A stretch of 64,000 nucleotides of DNA from Candidatus Hydrogenedentota bacterium (GTDB lineage Bacteria; Hydrogenedentota; Hydrogenedentia; Hydrogenedentales; SLHB01): NCBI GenBank assembly GCA_963745075.1, contig CAVUWV010000031.1, positions 256,001-320,000 on the forward strand. Direction: 5' to 3'. Shown piece after piece: positions 12,362-22,264 of this stretch. Every line of letters begins with the position of its first letter. Position 1 is the first letter of the stretch. A program made the position numbers and the translations under genes. The notes beneath the pieces are model-generated. The model was not told the origin of the DNA and made no database searches. It saw nothing but the letters and a program-made list of their open reading frames with translations.

Positions 12362-12384
12362 CTGCGCGGATTCTAAGTTGCCGG

Positions 12385-13614
12385 CTAAGCCTTTGTCAGC
12401 TCGATGATGCCGACTTCGGGCGGAACGCCGAGGCGGACCGGCAACATGGCGACGCCGACGCCCCGGGACACGAGCACCGGGCAATGCGGTCCCTGGCACA
12501 ATCCGCCGGCGTATTTCTGCCCGTACCGGCTGGGAACGACCGGCGTCCCCATGAACGGGATGCGCACTTGACCGCCATGGGTATGACCCGCGCACATGAG
12601 GTCGACGCGAATTCCGGCGGGCATTTCTTCGGCCACGTCCGGGTTGTGAGACATGAGAATGCGGGGAACGTGAGCGGGCACACCGTCCAGGGCTTTCGCC
12701 ACCGAGGGATTTCCATCCCACAAATCGTCTACGCCCGCGATGCACAGCGATGGGGCTGTGGGATAATCCTTCGCGAGACCGGTGGGCGTAAGGTACCGCC
12801 TGGCGTTCGTCAGCACGGGAATCCCGATTCGTTCGAGTTCCGCCACGGTTGTCTCCACACCGTCCCAGTAGTCGTGGTTTCCGAGGACCGCCACCGATCC
12901 GAAGCGTGAACGCAGCTTTCGCAGCACCCGAATTCCCGGCTCGATCGCGTTCTCACTTTTGTGGGAGAAATCGCCGGTCAGGATAACGAAGTCGGGTTTA
13001 AGATCCGACACGACTTGAACGGCATGTTCCAGATAGGGCAGCGCGATAAAGGGGCCGTAATGCAGGTCGGACATGTGGGCGATCCGCAGTCCTTCGAACT
13101 CGCTGGGCAGATCCTGGATTGGGAACCGGTAGGACACGACGTGCAACCGTTGCGGCGCAACCACGACCCCATAGGTCCCGGTGACGCCCGGGATCACGGC
13201 CCCAGCGCCGGCGGTAGCGAACCCCAGGAATTTGCGGCGTGTGAGCGCGCGGGCATCGTCCAGGCTCCTGTGTTCCTGCGTCACCGGCTGATTCCTATGC
13301 CGAATCCGCCGCAATGTGGACCGCATGAGCAGCCAGAGCGCGTACCAGAACCATGGCGCCACGAGGCACGAGAACATGGTCAAGCTGTTCGACCAATGGT
13401 GGTATTTGATGGGGAAGAAAATGGTCCCGACCGCGGCCGCCGGAAACTTCAGAATGAACGCCAACCGGTACAGGCTTCGGCCGAATTCGTTGTCCGTCCA
13501 CGAGTAGAGCGCTTCGGTCTGCAGGGTGATAAACAGCAGGATGACGCCAGCCGCAACGAGCGTCGCGACCACCTGGAGCGTCTTAACTATACGAGAGCGG
13601 TACATCCGCTTCAT
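12385..13614 (-). CDS. Membrane-bound metallophosphoesterase (YkuE/YaeI-like)
   Basis: SDLHYG, LTGDF, VLGNHD, SHNPD, GHTHGGQV, VSRGVG. N-terminal TMs and an internal TRRKFL motif. Confidence 0.9.
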   Translation of the reverse strand: MKRMYRSRIVKTLQVVATLVAAGVILLFITLQTEALYSWTDNEFGRSLYRLAFILKFPAAAVGTIFFPIKYHHWSNSLTMFSCLVAPWFWYALWLLMRSTLRRIRHRNQPVTQEHRSLDDARALTRRKFLGFATAGAGAVIPGVTGTYGVVVAPQRLHVVSYRFPIQDLPSEFEGLRIAHMSDLHYGPFIALPYLEHAVQVVSDLKPDFVILTGDFSHKSENAIEPGIRVLRKLRSRFGSVAVLGNHDYWDGVETTVAELERIGIPVLTNARRYLTPTGLAKDYPTAPSLCIAGVDDLWDGNPSVAKALDGVPAHVPRILMSHNPDVAEEMPAGIRVDLMCAGHTHGGQVRIPFMGTPVVPSRYGQKYAGGLCQGPHCPVLVSRGVGVAMLPVRLGVPPEVGIIELTKA

Positions 13615-13785
13615 TGTACCCGATAGTCGCGCTTTTGCGCGACCTGAATCGCCGGTCGAGACTTGGTCAGTAGCCTTAGTTCCAATTTGTTCCAATTTGG
13701 GGTGGCCAAAAGTTGGTCCGATTGGTATGCTGTTCTCTATCGAATTGCATGAAACTTCCAAGTCTACCGGCGAAGGGCGGTCTAA

Positions 13786-13980
13786 ATGATTGGTGCCGAT
13801 AAACTTCTGCATTTTTGGGTAAGTTTGCTCATCACCCAGGTCAGCCCCGGGCTGGCTTGGCTGGCGGGGGTCGGCAAAGAAACCTACGACGCCTTTTCCG
13901 GCGGTGTGGCCAGTGCCGGTGACTTAATTGCGGACGGTTTGGGAATACTATTTGGTGTGTGGGTGTCGCCTTTCTTTTAA
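13786..13980 (+). CDS. Small membrane protein, YfiM/VanZ-like
   Basis: DKLLHF...GKETYD...SAGDLIADGLG pattern. Confidence 0.6.
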   Translation: MIGADKLLHFWVSLLITQVSPGLAWLAGVGKETYDAFSGGVASAGDLIADGLGILFGVWVSPFF

Positions 13981-14159
13981 GGCGGACTCGTGTTAAGCTG
14001 AAGTCCTGTTGCAAGGCATGTATTGAGTTCCGGTCCGGGTGGTTGCTGCCATGTCATCGAAGGAATGGATCGCATCCGGCCGGGTGTTTTCAAACGGCGA
14101 ATATGATAACCAATGGGGACACCCCGGTGCTTCCCAAACATCGAGAAGGAGCAGGGATT

Positions 14160-15002
14160 ATGAGCAAGAAACTCCTCCGGATTCTTAAACCTATTACGTT
14201 TATTGCAATCGCGGTTGTGGCAGCGGGAAGTTTTATCGCAGTAGCCGGTGACGGCACCTGTCCGTTGTCCGGGAAGACGGCCAAAGCTGAGGGCTCGTCG
14301 TGTAAAGACGGCACCTGTCCGCTGGCCGCCAAGGCGGCGAAAGCCGAAGGCGCGGAATGCGAAGGCGGTACGTGTCCGCTGGCAGCGAAGGCGGAATGTG
14401 AAGACGGCGTCTGTCCCATTACGGGCAAAAAGATGGCCGCGAAAGACGGCGAATGTGAAGGCGGGACCTGTCCCCTCGCGGCCAAGGCGGCCAAGGCCGA
14501 AGGTGCCGCGTGTGAAGGCGGTGTCTGCCCGAGCAATAGCAAGGACATCGTGAACACGGCGCTCGAAGACGGTTCCTTCTCGACGCTGCTGCTGGCGGCG
14601 CAAGCGGCGGGCATTATGGACAAGCTGAACTGCCCGCAGCCGAAGACGGTTCTGGCTCCGACCAACGAAGCGTTCCAGAAGATTCCGGCGGCCCAGTGGG
14701 CGGCGCTGTTGCAGGACAACGAAAAGTTGAAGGCCGTCCTGAGCCGTCACATCATTGACGGCGCCATTCCGGCCGCCGATTTGGCCACGGACAAGGCTGT
14801 GTGCCCGACCCTCGGCGCGAAGCGTTGCCCCGTGAGCGGCAAGACCACCATCGGATCCGCGAACATCGTGCATGCGGACATCGCCGCGAGCAACGGGTAC
14901 ATCCACGCCATTGACAAGGTCCTCCTTCCGGAAGCCCCGGCAGTGGCCAAGGCCGACGCCACGGCCCAGCCCGAAGCGGTCAAGGTCGCCTCGGCGGAAT
15001 AA
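14160..15002 (+). CDS. Fasciclin (FAS1) protein with N-terminal Cys-rich repeats
   Basis: Signal peptide, CxxG(T/V)CP repeats, then FAS1 motifs DIVNTA..GSFSTLL, TVLAPTNEAF, ADIAASNGYIHAIDKVLLP. AGGAG upstream. Confidence 0.88.
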   Translation: MSKKLLRILKPITFIAIAVVAAGSFIAVAGDGTCPLSGKTAKAEGSSCKDGTCPLAAKAAKAEGAECEGGTCPLAAKAECEDGVCPITGKKMAAKDGECEGGTCPLAAKAAKAEGAACEGGVCPSNSKDIVNTALEDGSFSTLLLAAQAAGIMDKLNCPQPKTVLAPTNEAFQKIPAAQWAALLQDNEKLKAVLSRHIIDGAIPAADLATDKAVCPTLGAKRCPVSGKTTIGSANIVHADIAASNGYIHAIDKVLLPEAPAVAKADATAQPEAVKVASAE

Positions 15003-15020
15003 GTAACTCGAGATATGCAT

Positions 15021-15059
15021 CGCGGCCCGCGGAATCTGTTGCGCGGGCCGCGTTTGTTT
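15021..15059 (+). terminator. Rho-independent terminator
   Basis: 11-bp stem CGCGGCCCGCG/CGCGGGCCGCG followed by TTTGTTT, just after the fasciclin stop. Confidence 0.7.
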
Positions 15060-15076
15060 CAAGCGAAGGTTCTCGG

Positions 15077-16395
15077 TTAACGTTCGCGAATTGCAAACAG
15101 CTTAGCCTGTTTCATTCGGAACCGAAGGATACAATCATCCGGTAAGGCCTTGCGCGGCCACGGCAATGGGAGCCGGGGTCCGCCGATGCCTTCGAGGCGA
15201 CGCGGCTCGATACCATCTACCGCCTTTCCGGAACCCCCGTCGAAGAGTTGCACCTCGATCCACCCGTTGGTCGCGTCCGCGTTCAGAGCCAGGTCGTTCC
15301 TCGGACGCTCGAAGGGTTGGGTCTTGAACGTCCCTTCCGCATCACCTGCGATGGCGGCGACCAGCCGGTCTTCGGGATAGGCGACGGTCACCATGCCGCC
15401 GTCTTTCCAGATGGCGAAGTGCATCTTGCCATTCAAGATGAAGGGGTCGGCGTAACTCCAGAAGCCGAGGTCCGTATCGCGATAGGGACGTTCCCAGGTG
15501 CGCGTATCCGGGCTGACGACAAGCTCGTACTTCAACTTGGCGCTGTGCTGTTTGGGCATCTCGGGGTCAGCGTAGTATTTCATAAGAAGCCCGGCGAAAC
15601 CGCTGCCGTATCGGAATACTTTCATGAGGTAAAACTCGGTTTCGGGTGGATCCTGGTCGTCGGGGCGCAGGAAGATATCCTGCGGCGTCCAGGTCTCGAG
15701 GTCATCCGACGTGCGGATGGACTGGACGCGTTTGAATTTGTCGAGATTATCGGAGTACGGCTTGTCTGGCCAGGGCTCCAGAGCGGTCTGGTAGACGATG
15801 TACTCGCCCTTCTCGTAAATCAGACTGAATGCGTCGTTGTGTTCTGTGAACACGGTGCCGGGCAGCTTTTCCCATTCCCGGCCGTCTTGGGAAACGGCCC
15901 GCATGGCGCCGGCTCTGGCCCGATTCGGGAGGGCTGATCCCAGTACAGCATCTGCAAGGCGCCTTCGGCCTCGACAATCTGAAACACGTTGAAGCCGCCC
16001 CAGGTTGGTTTGTACGGCGAGCGGCGCATGCACACGTTGTTCGGCCCGCCCCATGCCGGGGGATCGGGGTGGAGCTTCGGCAACGTCCATTTGCCGTCCC
16101 GGATTTCTCCCAGGCACAAGGTCCGCTGGTCCGAATAATCTTCAGCACTTTTTTCGACTCGCTGGTACCAGAACTGCACGGTGCCGTCATCCTGTGTGCG
16201 GGAAGCGACCGGGGCATACCAGAGGGAGGGACGATCGGGATTCTTCTCGAAGAGGACCATTCCCGGCTCAGGCTCAGGCGTTTGGGCCTCGAGTCGAATG
16301 CCTTGGGCGTCTACGAGATCTTCGGGTAGAAGCACCGGCATCGAGAATTCAGGACCGGCGCCGGCGAGTAACGTTACAGCGAGCCATACAATCAT
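15077..16395 (-). CDS. Secreted glycoside-hydrolase-like beta-propeller protein (frameshift near 15925)
   Basis: Signal peptide, SQDGREW / SDDLETW / SPDTRTW Asp-box-like motifs, C-terminal LALNADATNGWIEVQL domain. Split over ORFs 15820..16395 and 15077..16117. Confidence 0.6.
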
Positions 16396-16733
16396 GCGTT
16401 TGTCTCCTCAATCCGAAGGCGGAGTCCCGGTTTGGATAAGCGGCACGATCCGCTGCGTCAACCAGACGTGAACGACCGGACCCCAAGCGTGTGCCGCAGG
16501 TGCGGCAGGAACGAGAACCATGCGCGGCCTCGCGACGTTCGAACGCCCGCGAATCCCCTCCCCTTTCCTGGAATTGTGCTCCCGCGATAATCCACAACGA
16601 CACGCCTGGATTCAAACCGGTTTCGCGCGGGCACAAGAAAACGCGCCACCTTGCGGCAGCGCGTGACGTAAACACGTAACGACGACGGCGGTCGCCGGAA
16701 ATGGTCCGGGATGCCACCGTCTTCGTACCGGGA

Positions 16734-17411
16734 TTATCCGCTACCCTCGGCCGGTTTTTCGGGCGAGGGTTTCGGCTTGGGCGGATCTTCCGGGTGGTCG
16801 CGCTCGCGGTCTCCGTCACGCGGGCCGCGAGGAGGAGTGCCGTCGCCATTCACGACGGCGTCGTGCCAGCGCTTGACCCGGTCGCCGCCAATTTCACGGG
16901 CCTTCATGATGAGGCGGCGCATGTGCCACTCGAAGTCTTGCGTGAATATATAGAGTTTCGCCCGCTGCGAAACGGTGAGGTCGGCGCCGGCTTTCTCGAA
17001 CGCTTCGCGCCGGGCGGCCTCGCGCCGATCGTCGATGGACATGAGTTGGTCGAGCAAGGGTTCGATTTCCGAATCCGAGGCGTGGTTATCCACTTTGTCG
17101 CGCAGCGTGTCGATCAACTCTCCGCGCTTCTCTCCCAAATCGGTCAGTTTATCGCGCAGTTCGCTGAAGTTGCGGACCATGAGGACGGTCTGCTCGTCGG
17201 AGAGGTCCAATTCGCGGGACATACGCACCATCATGACGGTCGTCACCATTTCGCGGATTTCTTTGTCTTTCCACGCATCCGAACCGTCGCTTTCGCGGCG
17301 GCTGCTTCCGGTCTCCGCATTGGTATCGCATGCTGCGTCCTCGGCCAAGGCATACGAGATACCCGCGCCACATACCAACGCGCAGCAAATCAACGATCTC
17401 AGCAGTTTCAT
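16734..17411 (-). CDS. Periplasmic Spy/CpxP-like helical protein
   Basis: Signal peptide, ELDLSDEQ and LTVSQRAKLYIF (LTxxQ-type) motifs. Third gene of the ECF operon. Confidence 0.65.
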   Translation of the reverse strand: MKLLRSLICCALVCGAGISYALAEDAACDTNAETGSSRRESDGSDAWKDKEIREMVTTVMMVRMSRELDLSDEQTVLMVRNFSELRDKLTDLGEKRGELIDTLRDKVDNHASDSEIEPLLDQLMSIDDRREAARREAFEKAGADLTVSQRAKLYIFTQDFEWHMRRLIMKAREIGGDRVKRWHDAVVNGDGTPPRGPRDGDRERDHPEDPPKPKPSPEKPAEGSG

Positions 17412-18064
17412 ATCGTACTGTCCTCCGTCGCGTACTCGACAAGCAAATCTTTGAGCACGGCAATTTCGGTATCGTCCAGCGAGCCAATCATCGCGTCGAC
17501 GTCCTGGGTGTCCACCCCGGACGGTTCCGCCGACGCCAACCAGTCGATGCTTTCGATTACCGTGTCCACGGAATCATCATAGTCTGCGGTTCCAGCCTCT
17601 TCCCACAACGCGGAATCGTCCGGCATCGCTTCCGCCGGCTTGGAATACAAGTCATCCTCGAAGAGCGTCGCCAACGGACCGAGTGGTTCGTTGCTATGAC
17701 GGAGTTCGAGGACCGCCGCCACTTCGGGATCCCGGTCGCGACTCACCGGCACCCGGTGCGTTGCGATCCAGCCCGCGACAGCCACCAATAGCAGAACTGC
17801 GCCTCCCACGGACAACCGGCGTGCCACGCGGGGCCACTTCGACGCCCTCGGCGCTTCGCGAACTTCGGCCAATACGCGCGTTGAAAAGGCGGGATGGACG
17901 TCGGGCTCGGGCAAGGCCTGCAGATGCGTCGAGAGCTTGGACAGCTCCATGTACCGTCGCGCAGCCGCTTCGTCCTTCTGTAACAGCCGGGCGATGCGCC
18001 GGGGGTCCTTGGACTCGTCGTCCAGATAGGCTGACAATTCTTCGTTCAATCGTTTCTCGTTCAT
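17408..18064 (-). CDS. Membrane-spanning anti-sigma factor
   Basis: EELSAYLDDE N-terminal domain, single TM, ATGA-type coupling to the ECF sigma. Confidence 0.8.
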   Translation of the reverse strand: MNEKRLNEELSAYLDDESKDPRRIARLLQKDEAAARRYMELSKLSTHLQALPEPDVHPAFSTRVLAEVREAPRASKWPRVARRLSVGGAVLLLVAVAGWIATHRVPVSRDRDPEVAAVLELRHSNEPLGPLATLFEDDLYSKPAEAMPDDSALWEEAGTADYDDSVDTVIESIDWLASAEPSGVDTQDVDAMIGSLDDTEIAVLKDLLVEYATEDSTI

Positions 18065-18639
18065 AGCAGGTCGCCCCCGAGTTCGCTCAGTCGTGTGCGA
18101 AGCTGTTCGCGTGCCCGGGCCAGACGGCTTTTCACAGTTCCTTTCCGGCAGCGGACAATAGCCGCGATCGCGTCATAGTCCAGACCTTGAATTTCTCGCA
18201 GGATGAGCACCTCCCGATGTTCCGGGCTCAGTGAACTCAATGCTTCTTCCAACACTTGCTCGATTTCCCGAAGGCGGGCCTCGCGATCGGGGCGGTGCGA
18301 TTCGTCCGCCAAGGAACGGACCTCGTCGATGTTCTCATGCAGCGACCAATGTTTTCCCCGGCCACGCCGCGCGGAATCCCGAAGGAAATTCAGCGTGAGG
18401 TTGCGCGCCATTCCGAACAACGCGGTGGAGAATTTCGCCTCCGGCTGCAACCGGTCGAGGTACCGGTACACCCGCACAAAACTTTCTTGCGCAAGATCCT
18501 GCGCGTCTTGGTGAGAGCCCACCATGCGATAGCAGAAGTGGATTAGCGGTCCCTCGTAACGATGGACCAGCCGGGCAAAGGACTCCATATCGCCCGTGCG
18601 CGCCCGCGCCACGAGGTCCCAGTCCGGGATTCCACTCAT
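18061..18639 (-). CDS. ECF RNA polymerase sigma factor
   Basis: DAQDLAQESFVRVYRYLDR (region 2) and LSPEHREVLILREIQGLDYDAIAAIVRCRKGTVKSRLARAR (region 4). Alternative GTG start at 18660. Confidence 0.93.
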   Translation of the reverse strand: MSGIPDWDLVARARTGDMESFARLVHRYEGPLIHFCYRMVGSHQDAQDLAQESFVRVYRYLDRLQPEAKFSTALFGMARNLTLNFLRDSARRGRGKHWSLHENIDEVRSLADESHRPDREARLREIEQVLEEALSSLSPEHREVLILREIQGLDYDAIAAIVRCRKGTVKSRLARAREQLRTRLSELGGDLL

Positions 18640-18666
18640 CGTCTGGGCTGCCTCAACCACATTGAC

Positions 18667-18694
18667 TTGAACACCTTTTGCGCTGTGAAGTTCC
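18667..18694 (-). promoter_or_regulatory. Putative ECF-type autoregulatory promoter
   Basis: Minus strand GGAACTT-cacagcgcaaaaggt-GTTCAA immediately upstream of the ECF gene. Confidence 0.55.
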
Positions 18695-18795
18695 GCAGGA
18701 ACGTGTCACGCGGCGTCTGCCCGCAAACGAGCAGTTTTGCGTTAACCTGCTACCACTAAATGTCTTACGCCGCCGCAAGATCCGATCTGTCGGGC

Positions 18796-20193
18796 CTACG
18801 TCCGTTTTACGCGGGGGCCGTCGGCGGTATCTTCGACGACCCAGCCGTCGGCCGCCAGTTCGTCGCGGATGGCGTCAGCACGAGCGAAATCCTTGGAACG
18901 ACGTGCTTCCTGCCGTTCCATGACGAGATCGAGAACGGCCTGGGGCGCTTCCGGTGCGGCGGGCGGCGCAAACAATCCCGTGACCGCATGCAAACGGTCC
19001 AACAGGTCGAGCGCGCGCTGCGCACCGGCCTGGCTCAATTCGTCCTGGTCCATCAACCGGTTGCTTTCGCGAAGAAATTCAAAGACACTCGCCAAGGCGC
19101 CGGAGATGTTGAGGTCGTCGTCCATGGCTTTTCCAAACTCGCGCTCGCACGAATCCGTGGGCCCACTTAGATCATCCCCGTCCCCTCGGACTTCGCCCAA
19201 CCGGATGCGAAAGTCGCGAATGCGATGGATGGATTCCTGCGCGGAATCGAGTCCGGCGAAGGTGAAGTTGCTGGGTTGACGGTAGTGGGTCGAGATTAGC
19301 GCCCATCGGATCGCGAGGGGGTCGTGGCCTTTCTCGACGAGGTCGCGGAGCGTGTAGATGTTGCCGAGAGACTTGGACATCTTCCGGTTTTCGACGAACA
19401 AGTGGGCGCTGTGCAGCCAGTACCGTACAAACGGTTTTCCCGTGGCGGCTTCCGATTGGGCGATTTCGTTCTCGTGGTGCGGAAACATGTTGTCGATGCC
19501 TCCGCAATGGATGTCGAAAGACTCGCCCAGGTACTTCATGCTCATGCAGGAGCATTCGATATGCCAGCCGGGACGGCCCTTGCCCAGTTCCGTTTCCCAG
19601 AAGACTTCGCCGTCTTCATCGTCATAGGCTTTCCACAGGGCAAAATCACGGGCGTCGTCGCGGGCGTATTCGTCGGAGTCAACGCGACCGCTGGCACCCG
19701 TGCGAAGCTGGTCCATGTCGAAATGACTCAAGCGGCCGTACTCTGGGAAGGTACTGAGTTTGAAGTAGATGCTGCCGTCGGCTTCGTAGGTATGGCCCCG
19801 GTCGCGGAGCGCCTTGATGAGGGCGACCATGTCGTCGATGTGATCCGTCGCGGCTGGATATTCTTCGGCCCGCTCGATGCCGAGGGAATCGAGGTCTTCG
19901 AAGAACGCCTGCGCGTAACGGGCGGTAAGCGATTTCAACGACTCGCCGGTTTCGCGGCACGCCCGGATGATCTTGTCTTCCACGTCGGTTAGGTTCATGA
20001 CGTGGTGCACGGCGAACCCGCGGTACTTCAGGTGCCGGCGCAGCAAGTCCTCGAACATGAACGTTCGCAAATTCCCGATGTGGGCGTAGTTATACACGGT
20101 GGGACCGCAGGTATACATGCGCACCTTGCCGGTCTCCAATGGCTCAAAATCTTCCTTGGTACGGGTCAACGTGTTGTAAAAGCGAATGGGCAT
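18796..20193 (-). CDS. cysS: Cysteine--tRNA ligase
   Basis: MYTCGPTVY, HIGN, DFALWK, GRPGWHIECS, FPHHENEIAQ, KMSKS. Confidence 0.98.
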   Translation of the reverse strand: MPIRFYNTLTRTKEDFEPLETGKVRMYTCGPTVYNYAHIGNLRTFMFEDLLRRHLKYRGFAVHHVMNLTDVEDKIIRACRETGESLKSLTARYAQAFFEDLDSLGIERAEEYPAATDHIDDMVALIKALRDRGHTYEADGSIYFKLSTFPEYGRLSHFDMDQLRTGASGRVDSDEYARDDARDFALWKAYDDEDGEVFWETELGKGRPGWHIECSCMSMKYLGESFDIHCGGIDNMFPHHENEIAQSEAATGKPFVRYWLHSAHLFVENRKMSKSLGNIYTLRDLVEKGHDPLAIRWALISTHYRQPSNFTFAGLDSAQESIHRIRDFRIRLGEVRGDGDDLSGPTDSCEREFGKAMDDDLNISGALASVFEFLRESNRLMDQDELSQAGAQRALDLLDRLHAVTGLFAPPAAPEAPQAVLDLVMERQEARRSKDFARADAIRDELAADGWVVEDTADGPRVKRT

Positions 20194-20352
20194 TCCGAAC
20201 TCCCGAACATGTGCCACACTGGGTTGAAACGGAGGGGCAAATCCATGCGAATTCTAGCGGTCTGTAGATAGTAGTTCAACGCGGCGAGGATAAACCGGCG
20301 AGGGCGCCGGTCGCACTCCGGTTTGGAGCGCGGGCTTCCAGCGATTGCGGAA

Positions 20353-21282
20353 CTACGAAAAGATAGCCTCGACGAATTCGCGAGCGTTAAAAGGTTGGAG
20401 ATCGTCCACCGTTTCCCCAACACCGATCAGCTTGATGGGAATTCCCAATTGCCGTTGAATCGCTACGGTGATTCCGCCTTTGGCGGTTCCGTCGAGCTTA
20501 GTCAAAACGATTCCCGTCACGTGCAACGCTTCCGTGAAAACTTTGGCCTGCTGAAGCCCATTCTGACCCGTCGTGGCATCCAGTACCAAGAGTACCTCAT
20601 GGGGTGCGCCGGGGATGCGTTTCCCGACCACGCGCTGAATCTTCTTTAGTTCTTCCATGAGGTTGACTTTGGTGTGGAGCCGGCCCGCCGTGTCGATCAG
20701 GAGACAATCGATCGACCGCGAGACGGCAGCGTCTGCGGCGTCGTACGCCACAGCGGCCGGGTCGGCGCCGTCCGCGTGTTTGATGATGGGCACACCGGTG
20801 CGTTCGCTCCAGATGGTCAACTGCTCGACCGCCGCCGCGCGGAATGTGTCGGCAGCGCCCAACATGACGGACTTGCCCTCCTTCTTCAGGTGGGAGGCGA
20901 GCTTGCCGGCGGTAGTGGTCTTCCCCGATCCGTTGACGCCGGCGATCAGGGTGACGTGGGGACCGTCGGCGGCCTTCCATGACAGCACATGGTCGCCGGG
21001 TTCGAGGGCTGCGGTAAGTTCGCTCTTCAGCATTTCAAAGAAGGCGTCGGGGCCGGTGATTCGCTGCTCTTTTGCGCGAGCCCGCATGTCTTCGATAATG
21101 GACATGGTAGCCTCGACCCCCAAATCGGCACTGATAAAAATCTCTTCGAGTTCCTCCAACAGTTCGTCATCGACAACCGAGCGGCCCGAAAACACCTTCC
21201 GGACACTGCCGGAGAAACTCTCGCGGGTCTTGGACAGGCGGTCGCGTAAGCGGCCGAAGAAGCCCCGTTTTTCCTCTGCCAT
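20353..21282 (-). CDS. ftsY: Signal recognition particle receptor FtsY
   Basis: GVNGSGKTTT, DTFRAAA, DTAGR, DATTGQN, TKLDGTAKGG. Confidence 0.98.
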   Translation of the reverse strand: MAEEKRGFFGRLRDRLSKTRESFSGSVRKVFSGRSVVDDELLEELEEIFISADLGVEATMSIIEDMRARAKEQRITGPDAFFEMLKSELTAALEPGDHVLSWKAADGPHVTLIAGVNGSGKTTTAGKLASHLKKEGKSVMLGAADTFRAAAVEQLTIWSERTGVPIIKHADGADPAAVAYDAADAAVSRSIDCLLIDTAGRLHTKVNLMEELKKIQRVVGKRIPGAPHEVLLVLDATTGQNGLQQAKVFTEALHVTGIVLTKLDGTAKGGITVAIQRQLGIPIKLIGVGETVDDLQPFNAREFVEAIFS

Positions 21283-21457
21283 GTATTCTACTCCTAAGTC
21301 CTTTTTCGGACGCCGCCGGATCGTAGCACCTGGGCGTATTGGTGAACAAACTCGGGAATTTGAAGTTTGTCGGGTGGTATTCGGCCACGAAAAGCGCGTA
21401 TGCTATATCGTATTGGCGACTCATCGGCAGACTTCATCGGCAGGGACGCTGTACAAC

Positions 21458-22249
21458 GTGGACTATGTCAAACACTTACTGATTCGAACGCCCTTCTACC
21501 GTCCGCTTTCCAAACTCCGCTATCTCGTTACGTATTGGAAACGCCGAAGGCACCCCGAACTCACGGCAATCTATGAGGAGCCCGTCGCTATCGAGGAAAT
21601 GATGCGTAAGGTGATGGGCGAATCGTGGAATTGCGTCGATGTGGGGTGTCACTTGGGTTCCGTGCTTAATGAGTTTGTCACGCTGGCGCCGCAAGGAAAG
21701 CATTATGCCTTTGAAGCGGTTCCGCAGAAGGCGGCTTGGTTACGGCGGAAGTTCCCGGAAGTGGCGATCATGAACGTCGCGCTCAGCGACACCTCGGGTA
21801 AGACGACGTTCTATGAAAACACCGAACGCTCCGGATTCAGCGGACTCCAGCCCCACTCCTACGAACCCGACGAAGGATTCAAGGAACATACCGTCGAGTG
21901 CAAACGGTTAGATGATGTCTTGCCGGCGGACTACGCCGTCAACTTTTTGAAAGTCGACGTGGAAGGCGCCGAACTGAAAGTGCTGCAAGGCGCATTGAAA
22001 GTGATCGAGCGGTGCCGCCCCTTCATTTTGTTCGAATGCACGCGATCGGGCCTCTCGCAGTACGTAATCCCTCCCGGCGACTTGTATCTTTTCTTTAGCA
22101 AAACGTTGGGGTACGACGTTTTTGTGGTCAAGGATTGGTTGATTGGCGGTAAGCCACTGACCCGCGGAGCGTTTGTGGAGGCAATAACCTACCCCTTCGC
22201 GGCATTCAATTTCCTGGCCGTGCCACGAAGTATGGGTAGCGACGGCTGA
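21458..22249 (+). CDS. FkbM family methyltransferase
   Basis: VDVGCHLG, AFEAVP, NVALSD, RLDD, FLKVDVEGAELKVLQGA. The 5' part of ORF 20657..22249 is ftsY antisense. Start approximate. Confidence 0.88.
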   Translation: MDYVKHLLIRTPFYRPLSKLRYLVTYWKRRRHPELTAIYEEPVAIEEMMRKVMGESWNCVDVGCHLGSVLNEFVTLAPQGKHYAFEAVPQKAAWLRRKFPEVAIMNVALSDTSGKTTFYENTERSGFSGLQPHSYEPDEGFKEHTVECKRLDDVLPADYAVNFLKVDVEGAELKVLQGALKVIERCRPFILFECTRSGLSQYVIPPGDLYLFFSKTLGYDVFVVKDWLIGGKPLTRGAFVEAITYPFAAFNFLAVPRSMGSDG

Positions 22250-22264
22250 CCGTTGTTTCGATGT

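Noticed and set aside
16396..16733. Long intergenic region with short ORFs, possible sRNA
   Set aside because: No convincing ORF, motif or stable structure identified.
20220..20352. Possible SRP RNA or T-box between ftsY and cysS
   Set aside because: Only short hairpins; no SRP domain IV or T-box consensus seen.
20657..21457. Apparent 530-aa fusion ORF ahead of FkbM
   Set aside because: The N-terminal half is the antisense shadow of ftsY; only the FkbM part has family motifs.
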